In this document: piece by piece, positions 10,640 through 24,508 of the stretch
Position numbering within the stretch: position 1 is the stretch's first letter
How the letters are laid out: every line of letters begins with the position of its first letter
DNA from: Octopus vulgaris
Taxonomy: Eukaryota
NCBI GenBank assembly: GCA_951406725.2
Contig: OX597815.1
Coordinates: 114,142,001-114,206,000 of the forward strand
Direction: 5' to 3'
DNA length: 64,000 bases
Made by a program: the position numbers and the translations under genes
Notes under the pieces: model-generated
Database searches by the model: none
Seen by the model: only the letters and a program-made list of their open reading frames with translations
What the model was told of the DNA's origin: nothing

Positions 10640-13600
10640 AAAATTCTTTACAGGTGCAATCATTAATGTAGGTGCAATGAAAGATAGGTCTAATTAGATT
10701 ATAGAAATGCTTGAACAGAGGCAAGTGGATGAGTACAGCGTGCAAGAGAGTTGGAGAGAAGTATCAACCAGATTCCCCATAGGCAAGGAAATGTTCCTTG
10801 CCTATTCTTCTGGATACATAAAAATGCTGATTTAGGTGAAGTTGGTATTCTGATGGCAATAAAATAGATAAAGTAACAGAAGTAACCACAGTATATGACA
10901 GAATGATTAAACTTAAACTAATTAGAAGCAAAATACAGTGATGTTATCACTGATTATGCTCCACAATTGGTTCTAACTGATGAACAAAAGAACTGCTTCT
11001 ATAAGATACTCTTGCATACCACTTCACTAAGAAATGATAGTGACAGCATTATCTTGGTTGGTACTTCAATAGACATGATAGCAGTATCATAATAGATAAT
11101 AGCTACCTTGGAGTATATGGTAGAAGTGAAAACTGCATCAAGAATTCTGGAATTCTATAATCCAAATGAACCAACCAATTGTAACTTGACACCTTCCAAT
11201 CAAATGAACATGCAAGCCAAATAGACTTCATTTTCACTGACAAATGATTGCAAATACTATGTCCATACCACTCAACCTAAACTACTGGTAATCAGTAGCT
11301 TATGTTGAGCAGTACAGTCTTCAAGAGGAGGAAAGGACATAGTAGTGGCTGCAGGATAAGAGTTAAACAGACTAAGAGACAAAAACTAGTCTAAAGAAGG
11401 AAGCTGTAAAAGTTGAAACAGCCTTCTATTAAATATATGTTAAGAGCAATACTAGAGGATGTGTACAATGAAGAGAAGATGAGAAAGAACAATTGGTAGT
11501 TTCTATGGATAACTTATTGAAAGTTACAGACCAAATCTATGACTGAAACAAGGCATGAACAACACCAAACACAAACTTGGGTAGAGTCATAAAAGATATG
11601 ACAAGCCAGGAAAAAACAGAAGAAAAGGAGCAGCAAAGAGGAATATCATGATGCTAAAAGTGAAGCTAGGTGATGAGTGAATATTATGCAGAAAGAAGCT
11701 GAAAGGAGGAGGCTTGCTGGTGTTTAGTATTGGGAGGATCAGAGATGGTTCTCTGACTTACTAAAACAATGTACAGGGTGTTTTGAGAAATTTGATATTA
11801 TTTCACAACCTAATAATTTAGTCAGTTCTTGTTCAAATGACTTCAAATTTTAACAGCATATGTAGAAACGGGTCAAAATATTATGTTTAATGTTTGATAT
11901 GTTTATCTTTTCAGGTACAGAAATGGCATTCACTGGAAAAGAAAAGGTGCTTTGTCTGTTGCAGGCTTGAACACAGTCGAACAAGACTGTGCAGCGTGCA
12001 TTTGTGACAGATTCTCTAAAAAGTCACCAACGGCAAGCAGATTTGGACATAGCACAAAAAATTCAAAGTGAAAGGCTGTCTGTGCAGGGTAAAAGGATTT
12101 GGACGACCACTAAAATCAGAAGAAATGGTCAAGCAGGTTTGCCAAAAACTCTTGCGAAGCCCCAAGAAGTTCATAAGAAGAACAAGTCTGGAAACCCAGA
12201 TTCCTTCAATGACACTTTAGCATGTCCTGAGGAAACGCTTGCTAATGAAACCCTACAGGCTGCAGCTCATTCAGGCCCATAACGGCAGATGACAAGCAAA
12301 AGTGCAAATATAGGGCTATGTGAAGGGCCTGGTCTATGTCCCCCACTCTTCCTCCAAACCTAGAAGAACTACTGCACTGGAGCCTGTTACTCAAAACATG
12401 CTGCAATGTGTTTCAGAGGAGCTGGACTACCAACTTGATGTGTGCCATGTCTCAGACAGTGCTCATATTGAACATTTGCGAAATCGTTCATGGAATCCAC
12501 ATACCTTTGAATTTCTCATTCAAACTTGGAGGAATAAATCTTATGTTGCTCAACAGCAAGTCTGTTTAGTTTCATTTGCTTTGACTATGTAGTTTCTGTG
12601 ATATTTACATCTCAAATGATATCAAATTTTTTGAAACACCCTATATAATGGTGAATCAAAATATTGTTGGGGAAAAGAGTATCCAAAATGAGAGTAGTGC
12701 ACATTCCCTAGCTGTTAATGAGAAGAGAGATGCTTGGAGACATCACTACAAGAGATTGTTGAATGTGGAAAATATGTGAAAAGAAGATCTTAAGTTAACC
12801 AAACTGAAAGACAATTTATTGAGGTGATAGTTACATGGCTAAAATGGCCATTAAGGATATGATATCAAAGAAAGCAGTTGTATAGTTGCTGAGATACTAA
12901 AATATTTAGAGATATAGGCTTGAGCTACTCATTTACATAATCAACAAAGTTACACAGGGTATAAAAGCATAGGAAAGGAAATGCACTAGAAAGCAACAAT
13001 TCCTGAGGTACCAAACTGATGGGCCAAATTTTAGCACAACTGACAGGAGATAAATTCCACTTAGAAGAGATGCAGTTCAGATTTGACTCAAGTCAGAGTA
13101 CCACAGATGCTCTCTACACAGAGACAACTGCAAATGAACTTTCTGGTCAAGAGGAATCCTCTCCACCCAGCATTTGCTGATCTAGAGATCTTTAATAGAA
13201 TATTATAACCAATAATCTGGTGGTCACCAAGAAAACTAGGAACTGAAAAATAATTGGTAAAAGCAGTGTAAGCCATGTAGAGAGACACAGTAAGCCAAGT
13301 GAGAGTTGGCAATGAGTTCAGCAATGAATATGGAGAGCAGACAAATGTCCATCGGGGCTTGGTTCTCAGTCCCACCCACTATTATTTATTACAGTCCTCC
13401 TAGCTGTAACAGTCAAGTTTAAGACTTGATGCCCATAAGAGATCCTGTATACTGATGACATAGTTCTTATAACAGAATCTGTGGAAGAAGCCAGAATCAA
13501 GAAACCTCAGAATAAACTTAATGGAGGCTATAGTTTCAGTTAAACAGGAAAGAAGACAGGATAATGATAGTATCAAGGAAATAGCTGTGCTTGATATGCA

Positions 13601-14675
13601 GAAAAAGAGAAGGTAGAAACTTCAAACAGTGTACCCTTCATGATCTCTGGGTGCACAAGAAGTGTAGTGGAATCAAAGGCAGACAAACCATCAATTTTTT
13701 GTTTTTATTCTTTAACCAGTTTCACTCATTTGACTGTGGTCATGTTGGAGCACCGTCTTTAGTTGAACAAATTGACCCCAGAACTTATTCTTTGTAAGCT
13801 AGTATTTATTCTGTCAGTCTCTTTTGCTGAATGGCTAAGTTACGGGGACATAAACACACCAACATCAGTTGTCAAGCAATGGAGGAGGGACAAACACAGA
13901 CACACACACACAAATATATATATATATATATGACAGGCTTCTTACAGTTTCTGTCTACCACATCCACTCACAAGGCCTTGGTTGGCCTAAGGCTATAGTA
14001 GAAGACACTTGCCCAAGGAGTGAAGTAAATTTATTTTAATGCTTAGATGGATCAATAGAATTGATAGCACCTGTTACTTAGGGAATCTAATCAGTAGTGG
14101 GGAAAGGTATACTGAAAGCACAGTGGCTAGAAACAGAATAGTGTGGTAAAAGTTCAAGGAGCCAATACCACTGCTGGCAAGAAGGGGAATTATCTCCAAG
14201 TGAAAAGTGGTTTGTATGGTGCATGCATACAAATTGTGATGCTACAAGGTTGTGAGGTGTAAGCATTGAATGCAAAGGATATGTAAAGGTTGGAAAGAAC
14301 CAAAACAAGCATGACTCACTGGATGTATAACGTTGCTATTCATGAACAAGGCATAGATGAGGTGGGAGAAAAACTGAATACAAAAGTGCAGTTAGGAGTG
14401 ACAGCTACACTGGTATGGACAAGTAATGAATGTGGTAAAATGAGACATGGGTGGAGAAGTGCCAGGAAATTCATGTGGATGGATCCAATGAAAGAGGATG
14501 TCTAAGGGAGACTTCGGCAGAAGTGGTGAAGGCAAATCTCACAAAAGGGATGATTTGTCATCTCTTTTGTGATTTTTGCCCAATCATGAATGCAACAAGT
14601 AGTGGGATGCTGTGTTAGAGAGGACTCATCCAACCTATGCAAGCATGGGAAAATGGACATAAAAGTAATGATGAT
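10640..14675 (+). mobile_element. Heavily decayed RTE-type LINE with nested insertions
   Basis: Remnants of NVG.M..RS, YAPQ, VH.G.VLSP and LY.DD motifs with many stops; ends in the RTE-type 3' end and (GAT)n tail. Confidence 0.75.
11774..12643 (+). mobile_element. Internally deleted Tc1/mariner-superfamily DNA transposon
   Basis: TA flanks; TIRs CAGGGTGTTTTGAGAAATTTGATAT / ATATCAAATTTTTTGAAACACCCTA. Decayed HTH (VQRAF, RSPKK.IRR) and C-terminus (YVKGLVY, HIEHL); catalytic core absent. Confidence 0.85.
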
Positions 14676-15136
14676 GATATATTTAAATATGTACATGCAT
14701 ACATGTGTGTGTGTGTGTGTGTCTCTGTGACATCGTGCACTAATTGTTAACAAACTGTGTTGTTTATTTGTAATCTTCTTTAAAAACATGCCTGGCCATT
14801 GTGTTGTTCATATTTGAGGAACCAAGAAAATAGAAGCTTGTCTGGAAGCAGATGAGGGTTAGCAACAGGAATAGCATCCGGCCACAGAAAATTTGCTTCA
14901 ACAGATTTTGTCTGACCCATGCAAGCATAAAAAAGTGGATGTTAAAATGATGATGGTGATGATGCTTATTGAAAAAGGACACATTGGACAAAGTTGTTCT
15001 AGATGCTCGTAAAATGATGAGATGGCTTCTATCATAGGTTTGCTTGATCAAAGCTGATCTGGGTTTAAACAACAACAACGACAACACCCTCACTTCAAAT
15101 TATGCCAAATCTATTTCATTCATTAAATAAACCTAC

Positions 15137-15401
15137 CTTGGAAATCACTGTTTCACTTCAATAATCCACGTGTAAAATCCTGTTAGCAAGGATGATTTTG
15201 ATTTTGTAGATATTATGTTTATAAAATTCAGCAAATACATAAATGGATGTTTAATTAGCCGTTCAAAAGATGCAGATAGATATCTTTGTGTAAGCTAAGA
15301 GTTTTATCAAAGAATTGCTCACACAGTCAACACACAAAATACCATTGATGGCACATATTCTGGAAGCAACATTGCTGTTGAGTTGTTACATGTACCAACA
15401 T
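15137..15401 (-). other. Probable non-coding 5'UTR exon (likely TAF3)
   Basis: Strong acceptor (ttttattttacag) at 15402 and donor AAG/gtaggt at 15136; non-repetitive; no long ORF. The TAF3 ATG exon starts at an acceptor, so upstream UTR exons are needed. Confidence 0.5.
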
Positions 15402-16874
15402 CTGTAAAATAAAAAAAAGAAATTTAAGTCATAATAGATACTTATTAATTTAGTAAGGTTATCTTAGTTAATTCTTTAGTTTTATAAGATTCTGGATGAA
15501 TGATCCATAATTTGTATCTACCCAGTGATATTTTATAGTAACCATGACCAAAAGCACTTAAATAGTGGATGCTCAAGTCGACTTTGAGTAAACAGATACA
15601 ATGAGATGGTGCAACTCAATGCGTTAGGCTGTGACACCTCTGTATAATTTACATGTATTTCATTAACTTGTAGAGTTGAGTTTAATATCTTCCATGGGCG
15701 TGGCTGAGAGAGAGAAAGAGAGATGGATTTTGACAGGTTAACTTGACCTATATACACAATAATGCAGTACCCCTTTACACTTATGGATTACAGGATACAC
15801 AAAGATAGATACAGAGTTCATAAAATTCTCTGAGACTGGACTATGAACTCTTTTCAGTATGAATATATCATCATTACTATTATTTTTATAATCTCTCAAC
15901 TATCTCAAAGCTGGCTGCTTAGAAAGCAATAATCCCTTCACTAATCCCTGTATGCCAGTTACATATATCATCAAAGGAGATTTGTTGCCTTTTTTCAGTG
16001 ATTTATGTGAGCAATATAAAACTGCATAAAGTACCTGCGATTTGTTGATGTCTGAGACAAATGTTGCATATGTATACATAGGATCCAGGACCCTTTCTAA
16101 ATTCTCTCCCTCAGATACCCAGCATTGGAGAAATTTGATGCAAGTAATGAGTGTGTCCACCATTATTAGCTAGTGATTGTGGTGGTCATCCTGACATATA
16201 GACCCCCTATTTAAAATATCATCATGATTTAATTGCTTCCTTGCAAAAAGGCAATGCAATTAATTTGATAAAATAAAATTTTAGATAATACCAAATTTAA
16301 AGAATTGATTTAGATAATTAATATAAAAAAAGAACAATTATCACCTCTTTTCAATATAGATCAAGAAATAATAGATTATTCGACACCTTAATTTTTAACT
16401 GTGCAAAACAGAATGACCCTAAGTGTGTCAATGTTAACTAAGATACTCCAACAAAAGTTAAGCAATATTTTGAGACACCCCCGCCTTAATTTACAGCCAC
16501 AGATATTAAAGCAGTCCGTGTTCTCGTTCGAGCTGCTAGAGATAGCGACCAAATTTCTCAAATTATACACTTACCGCCTTAAACAAGGATACATTGGATA
16601 ACGTAGACTTAGGTACTCTAAAAAGATGAGATGATTATGCCAGAAATGTTTCAAATCATAGGTTAGCTCTATTTAGGTCCACTTGAGTATAAACACTAAC
16701 GGTCAGACCATCAATCCGTTGATTTCAATACCCAAACCACGATTTTGCTAAAATGTATACATAATAAACATCTTGGTGTTATATATACAAATAACCTTAA
16801 ATAAATATGAATTTACTATGGCGAATCTACATTTCTTCTGAATTAAGTAACAAAATAGCTAAAATTAAGTTTAC

Positions 16875-18960
16875 CTAAAGCGTCAATAAATAATGAAAAA
16901 AATACTTATTGATAGAAAATAAGAATATCTTTGATTGGAACGAAAACAAACGTTTATTTCTCGAGAGGAGACTTTTCTGAAGTAGCGTCCAGTATTATAC
17001 AACCCAGATATAAATAACTTTTAAGTTGTATGTTTCTAGATTTGAATTTGGCAGAATGATGTAATTCTAGTTTAAAGCAATGAACTTTCACTCCGGTACA
17101 GTTCGAATTAACTTAACATAGCAATACATGCTCATCCTGCACACTCATATCAACAGAGATGCTTTAAAAACACGATGACATACGATCACACACGTTATTA
17201 ATATATGTACATTCTAGTATCAATTTATATTAAATATGATTATCTATTTTGAAGCTTCATGCTACAAAGACACAATGTTTACAAACATTATCATTAACTA
17301 AAGCAAACGATGACATGGCCCAAACTATTGATTTATGATGAAAATTTTGGCTTTAATGGGAAATTAGAGAAAGGATAGAGTTAAATTTGATATTCTCACG
17401 AAAAAAATACAAAGAAGGCTGGACAAAAATTGGGATGAAAATGGAGGTTTTGCAAAATGTTGAAGATGCGGCTGGGCTTGGATTGGCTTAGCTATTGTCC
17501 ATCGATTCGAAGTGCAGATCGAAAACATACAATATATACATATACATTTATATATATATATGTATGTAATATATATATATATGTATATATATATATAATG
17601 TACAGCCTAGGATAGACACAAATTTTAAAAGAGATATATAGTATATTTTATGTAGAAAGAACTAAAGTAAAAAAAATCATAATTTGGTGAAGGTTATAAT
17701 GTGTAACAGTAGTTTTAATAGTAGTCGGACAGGAACAGGTGCGTTCCTAGGGTCACAGAAACTAGGTGACACACAGAGTGGCTAAACAATGTAAATCGTT
17801 CATTAGCAACAAAGATGGAATAAAGCTTACTTTTGATACCGTTTGATATATGCTACCTAAATACTCCAAGTGTTAGGGTTTAAAAACCAAACGCACAGTT
17901 GGATCTATTACGAGGTAACAAGAGGGTTTGATTACCCACACAAATAAATTCAGCGTTGATATTGACTAGTTCAGTCTGACACTCTCGTTGAACATTTTAA
18001 CATCCACGAGATTCTCGCTCGCTAAATAAGATCCTCCACACTTTTAATCTAGCTTCGTCTTACTTTTTATCTACAACTGCTGTCTTTCTTAACATATATT
18101 TTCTAATACACATACATTATATATATATATATATATATATGTGTTTGTTTTCATACGTCAAAACACACACACACTCACATACTTCTGCCATGTCAGTTTA
18201 GACTTTACTAAATGTCACACATTTAGTTTTATTTTTTCAGGAAATTGCACGAAGGCCTTTTAATTGTTTAAGATCAAAGATGGAGCTTATGTATTTGTGT
18301 GTGTTTTAAATTGGGTGTTTGTAGCCTATTTTATTTTATTTTTTAAAAACAAACTCGATCGATTGGAAACTATTCAGGACCTCGTAGACTAAAGGAGGCA
18401 AATAAAAAATGATAATAATATACTCATTCGTTTTGAAATACATAATTTTGGGAAAACGAAAAGGATTTGAAGGTATATTCAGTTCTGAACAAGGAAGGTT
18501 TTGACATTACCGTGACTGGGATGGGAAATATAGCAGGGATAGCAATAGCCATATGTGTGTTACAAGTGGTTTCATAATGATAGATGTCATTATCATACAG
18601 TAGAAAAGACAATGATCAAGTTCATAGAAGATAATAAACAAAAGAGAATCACCGTTAAAACATCTTTACGAAGTGTACTTTAAAAAAAACAAAAACATTT
18701 TCGCTTTATTTTAATTATTCTACGTTGGTCGTTTACGAGAAATCTTTCAAGGGAACTAACTTCCTTTTGTAGTTTATACGTCTAATGTCGCTTTTCTATT
18801 TTCTCAATTAAGCTTTCGAGATTGTCTTCGTTTTACCATATTCTAAAATTTATAAAAAGAAAAAGCGAGCTTTTACCAACTTTTTTAACAGAGAGCTGCC
18901 GTAGTGTTCCTCATTTCCCCATATTCTAATGAGTGAACTTAAACTTTTATAAGCGAAAGC
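16875..18960. promoter_or_regulatory. Promoter-like, CpG-retaining unique region upstream of TAF3
   Basis: More CpG than the flanks. CCAAT (attgg ~17482), YY1-like aagatgcggc (~17464), minus-strand ACTACA and GGAAGT (~18760-18775), minus-strand donors at 16874 and 17830. TSS not determinable. Confidence 0.4.
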
Positions 18961-20689
18961 ATTTTCAAGATAAGACATTCTAACATTTCATAAAAACATT
19001 TTTGTTTAATTACATTCTTTAAAATATCTTGAAATTTTGGAACTGTTCGCTTATGCATTAGTTGGTGTAGACCAGGTATGCACAAACTTTTTCAAGAAGC
19101 GGGCCCGGATGAGAGATGGTTCATCATGAGACGGGCCACACTACTAAAAAAAAACATTCGCCTTATCCGCCTTTGTAGATAGTACGGGAAATCTTAAGTT
19201 TTGTGATGCCGTATGGCGCTGCAACCATTTCGATTTCTCTTTGAAGGTAACAAACTGCAGTTTTGGTATACGCAGAGTATTTTGAAAAATACCCTGCAAG
19301 CATTGGTGATAAGAGACAAGTTGTGAAGATTTAAGTGATGTGTCACAGGAAGTACAATGTTGATCCAGTGATTCTACAACGATTCCTTTTTTTTGTGTAT
19401 ATTGTCTTGCAACACACGAAAGCTTATTGTTGCCATCTGATGATATGTGGGCAAAATCTCTATGTTGCAGAATATCCAAGCAAAATGTATTCAATAATAA
19501 AATCATTTGTATTGTGTGTTGTTTGATTTTTTTTTCCTAGGATGAAAATGTAATTACAAATGCAAGCAAAATATATTTGTCAATAAACTTCAGGTGTTGA
19601 ATTTATATTTCAAGAGCGGACTCGGGGGGGCTTAAGAAAAGAAGTGCGTCCTTTTAAATAATGTTGTTACGCCCTTTTCTCCTGGAATTTTATTCCCTTC
19701 TGACCTTGCACCCTCCCTTCGAAAAATTCCTGTTATATCTAATTTATGTACCTGGTCATCATTCGAATTGAAAACGTAGTATTGGATATTCTATAGTTGT
19801 CATAGAATTTTGAGATTAGGAGAGTCTCAGATGCATGCATGCTCACCACTTATAAATGATGGGTGAAACGATATTTTTAATCTAATTAATAATGTCTAAA
19901 CGGTGAAATATATGGTTGGATCTTGACTATGGTAGAGTCCAGGGGTTAGATCTTGACTTCCTAAAAGTATAGATTACAACAATTTTTAGTCTTCAGAAAT
20001 CCTTTTATCAAATACATTATTAATAAGAATTCTGCAGAGGTCTTTGATAAATTCATTAACCAATTTGAACAGTATCATATTCATGAAGCCAGATGAAAAT
20101 GATACCGTGATTCAATTTTTATTAAGTCTGAGAGACACAGCGACAGGTTATTATGATAAACTAATGTGGTCTGAAATTACAAAAATGTGGGCTGAAGATG
20201 ACATTACATAATACATATTTAAGAACAATAAAAAAATTATTAAAAAAAACATTGCTTCTAAATTTACTACCAACAAAAATATATTCAGCAAACAAATAAA
20301 ACTATTTTCATTGAAGAAACAGCACCATGGATAACCTTTTAAAGATTGTAGATTCAGTTCTCATTGACAAATACGAAAATATAATTTTCTATATCATTTA
20401 AGGAAAAGAGACTATCAACTGGTTGAAAAACAATCTGCTATAACTGCTTTGTCTCTCAAAGCTGGGGAAGCTTTTACTTTATAGGATGTGTGTTTCTACT
20501 GTCCAGAATGAAAACTACTTTCCACAAAACAAATGAAAAAAAACAATCTATCCAATAATGCTCAACAAAAAAACAATCTATCCAGTAATGCTCAATGACT
20601 GTACATCAAATTCATTACTTATAAATCAAAAGTTTCTGATTGCAAATCAGAAATAGATTAGATTGTTGGAGAACTGACATGAGAGGATA

Positions 20690-21172
20690 GGTGTAGCATT
20701 CACATCTGACTCAGTTCAACATGAAGAGTTTGTAACATGCGTATGAATGAGGACAGTTACATCAAGAAGTACTGATCTCTAATTGTGGAGGGAATATGTG
20801 GGAAGGGTAGACCCAGGAAGACATGGGTGGTGAGAAAGGATCTCTAGACGTTGGGCCTCAGAGAGGTGATGACAAGGGGCCAAGACTTCTGGCGGTTTGC
20901 TGTGCTTGAGAAAACGCATCAAGCTAAGTAAAAGTACATGTCCCCTATGTCCCTCTTCAACTGAGTGATCCTATTCTTACGGGTTCATGGGTGCTGGTGT
21001 CAGGTAGAAAGCACCCGGTACACTCTGTAAAGTGGGTGGAGTTGGGAGGGGCATCCAGCTATAGAAACCATGCCAAAACAGACATAGAACCTGAGCAGCT
21101 CCTGTCCTGCCAAACTGTCCAACCCATGACAACATGGAAAATGGGCATTAAATGATGATGATGTTGATAATG
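20690..21172 (+). mobile_element. RTE LINE 3' fragment
   Basis: GRGRPRKTW-like C-terminus (ggaagggtagacccaggaagacatgg) plus family 3' end and (GAT)n tail. Confidence 0.75.
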
Positions 21173-22211
21173 AACAAGAATTTGTAACACAAACAACTAA
21201 AACTGCTTAAAAACTACCCAATAGTGGAGGGTATATTTAGGCCTATATAATCAAATATACCTTTCTGTTATTTAATCATTTAATAAGTTCAAACATCGGT
21301 GTAAGGCTAGTAAGCCATGATAGACTGAGAAAAGTATATAACTCTATACAAAAGAATAAATGAAATATAAGAATGCAAAAGCTAGAGAGAAGAAAAAAGA
21401 ACAGTTCAATGTTTTGGTTAGATCTTTTGAAACCTCAATGAGTTGAGAGAACATATCTATGGCTATTAGATCTCTGAAAATAATTTGTATTGCCAATGTT
21501 GGTGAACTTTAAAGACTATTTCTAAAATGTTCTGTCTGTCTGTCTTTCCCTCTCTCTTTCTTTGTTTCATACTGGTAATTTTTACACTCAAACAAATATT
21601 GCTTTTAAAGATAATAGGATGTGATTTGATTGAGGGTTAGCTACTATTTCTAACAGATTATGTAATCTTATAGAGGCTCCTTTCTTGCTTGTTCCCAATA
21701 TGTCAGTTTTTACTTTATACACCTTTTGGTCTATATTACTCACCCTGACACAGTTCATCACTTGGTAGCTCAAGCCGAAATGATAACCAAATCTCCTTGA
21801 AACCAGACCATAATGTTGTAATGAGAACCTGACTAAGGTTCAAACAATAGTTCTTAACATTTTCCCAGTCTAGAATCACGAAAAGGAAAAGAGTTGCCAT
21901 AAAAGATATCAACACCTACACAAATATGATTTGACCAATCAGCTTTGGTTGACTTATTTGGCTGTAACTTGAGAGGAAGTCTCCAAATTTTCCTGCCAAA
22001 CAGATATTAGAACCATCTGGGCCAATAGTTATTTAAAGTTGAGCTAATTCAAGATTTATAAGGGTCAGTGATTTTTTTTCTGTATGGTAGCCCCTAATTT
22101 TCTCTTCTTCCTCTTCTATTCACAAGCCTTAACTAGTAGTGTCATCCAATGAATATTCATGATCTGCAATGATTCATATGCCTTGTACCACTTTCACAAC
22201 ATTAATGTTAA

Positions 22212-22414
22212 CCCTTTATCATTCAGATTACTCAGTCAAATATTATGCTTATTGATTCACAATATTTTGAATTAATCATGTAGCTTCAAGATTTTGATAA
22301 TGTGATTGCTTATTTTTAGAATGACATTGTGTAGGGTAGATGTGAGAGGTAGAGTTTGAGCATAAAACATGTGGAATATTTGGGCCTGATATGGCCAGTT
22401 TAAATGCTAAAGTG
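22212..22414. mobile_element. piggyBac-like MITE
   Basis: TTAA-CCCTTTATCATT ... AATGCTAAAGTG-TTAA; related copy at ~30530-31001 with a nested SINE. Confidence 0.7.
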
Positions 22415-22702
22415 TTAATTTATTGTATGTTCATCTGTTAACTTAGCAAGGTTGATAAATAAAATATTTGGAAACTCAGACAAATCTAAATGTGGTTATT
22501 TTCAAAACATATAGCTTATCTGATATTAAGAATAGTTAAAGAACCTAAGATTACAAAGTGCATTGTCTTAAAAAATGGACACATTGGATAATGCAGGCTA
22601 AGATAAGTAATGACTGAAAAAAGATAGGATGATTATAGCTTGAATGCCTTTGGTTACTGGTCTCCATGCTCAGAGCAATCTTAGGGCTAAACAGCAACAG
22701 CT

Positions 22703-22890
22703 GTGGAGGCGCAATGGCCCAGTGGTTAGGGCAGCGAACTCGTGGTCTTAAGAACGCAGTTTCGATTCCCAGACCGGGCATTGTGAGTGTTTATTGAGCA
22801 AAAACACCTAAGCTCCATGAGGCTCCGGTATGGGGGGTGGATGTGAACCCCGCTGTACTCTTACACCACAACTTTCTCACTCTTTCTTCA
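22703..22890 (+). mobile_element. tRNA-derived SINE head
   Basis: A box TGGCCCAGTGG, B box GTTTCGATTCC, followed by SINE body rather than a tRNA 3' end. Confidence 0.75.
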
Positions 22891-23479
22891 TACTTCTTCC
22901 ACAAAGCAGAGGAACCATGGTGTAACCCACTATGGTGTGGTAAACTTTCAGACCCTAGTCTAGATTGCAAATCCTCTGTACCCCATGATGGTTCAGCTCT
23001 CCACCCATTAAAAGCCACCATTTATGGAATGAGGAAAACAACGTAGCCTTCATGCCCGTGCAACTGCCAGTCTATCGTGTGTGGTGGGTGGATCTTCAAT
23101 TTGCCACATGCATTCTTAGTAGCTTAGAGTAGGCTTGAATTAGAGATTATTCTTTATGGCTAATGGCGTGAGTCCTGATTGGAAGAAGACAGCAACAGCT
23201 TCTTGTATGTATGTCACATGCTTGGGAAAACTAAGCCAATGAATTTCTTATTCTATAGAACAAATCACTTATGAGATTCTAATGGTTGGTGTTAAGTATC
23301 CAGCTGTAGAAACCACATCAAAACAGACAGTGAAGTCTGGTGTAGTCTTCTGGCTTGCCAGCTCCTGTCAAACCATCCAACCCATGCCAGCATGATAAAC
23401 AGATGTTAAATGATGATGATAAAACTGATCATATAATAGTTTATTCAATGACAGCTACCATTTGCACATGTACACTGAG

Positions 23480-24030
23480 TCTAAACATTTGCTCATTCAC
23501 AATGTGTTAATAATTTAGTGCCTGCATATTGGGGCTGAAGTCTCACATATGCATGTTAATTTTGAATTTCATGCACATGCACATTGAAGTCAAAATTTTG
23601 TGCAAATGCAGTGTTTGAATTATCTATTTCTTTACTACCCACAAGGGGCTAAACACAGAGAGGACAAACAAGGACAGACAAACGGATTAAGTCGATTATA
23701 TCGACCCAAGTGCGTAACTGGTACTTATTTAATCGACCCCAAAAGGATGAAAGGCAAAGTCGAATTATCATGAATCTACATTGAGTGCAAAAATTCTGGC
23801 ACATGCATTAAGTTCAAGATTTTGCACATGTGCACTGTATCTGAATTTTCACATATGTGCATTATGTTTAAATTTTGTGCAAGCACATTGTGTTCAAAAT
23901 TTCTTGCATGTGCATTTTTTGAAATATTGAACATGCACACTGTGCTTGAAATCCTTGCCCATGTGTGTTGGACTGAAAATTTCACGCATACATACTGGGT
24001 TCATTAGTCCTGTAATTGTGCATTGGGCTT
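23480..24030. repeat. Degenerate ~30-bp tandem array interrupted by a SINE fragment
   Basis: Recurring tgcacat...gcatt...ttcaaaatttt motifs; dispersed-repeat insert at ~23622-23765. Confidence 0.65.
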
Positions 24031-24508
24031 GAAATGGTGAATGCAGATAAACTAGAGTGATGTGATTAAGAATTTTGCTTCACAAATACATAGATATGAG
24101 TTTGATCTTACAACACATCACTGGGCAAGTGTCTTCTTCAAAGCCTTAGTTTGACTAATGCATTGTTAGTGAAATTTGGCAGATAAAAATCATGTTGAAG
24201 CTTGTTGTCCACCGCCACCGCCACCACCACTACCATAATGTTCACTTTTCCATGATTGTAGAGGCTGAACAAAATTTGTTGATGCAGATTTTCTATGGTT
24301 GGATGCCACTTCCTTTAACTAACCCACACATGTGGAAATAAATGACATCTCTTTCTTGATGGATAGATGGATGTAAACCAGAGCAGTCTTCATATGAACA
24401 ATGGGCACAAACACACACACACATCATATGAGCCGTATAAAGGTATAGTAAAGAATTATTATAAAATGACAAGAGTACAATTAATTTTTAAAAATGGAAA
24501 ATCAATAA

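Noticed and set aside
17873-17882. AAACCCTAAC on the minus strand as a possible telomerase RNA template
   Set aside because: No recognisable pseudoknot or CR4/5 P6.1 downstream, and only ~170-250 nt before a microsatellite; a 9-10 nt match is expected by chance.
20536-20596. 30-bp direct duplication
   Set aside because: Ordinary two-copy slippage duplication with no sign of function.
22703-22780. tRNA gene
   Set aside because: A and B boxes are present but there is no clean cloverleaf; it continues into a SINE body.
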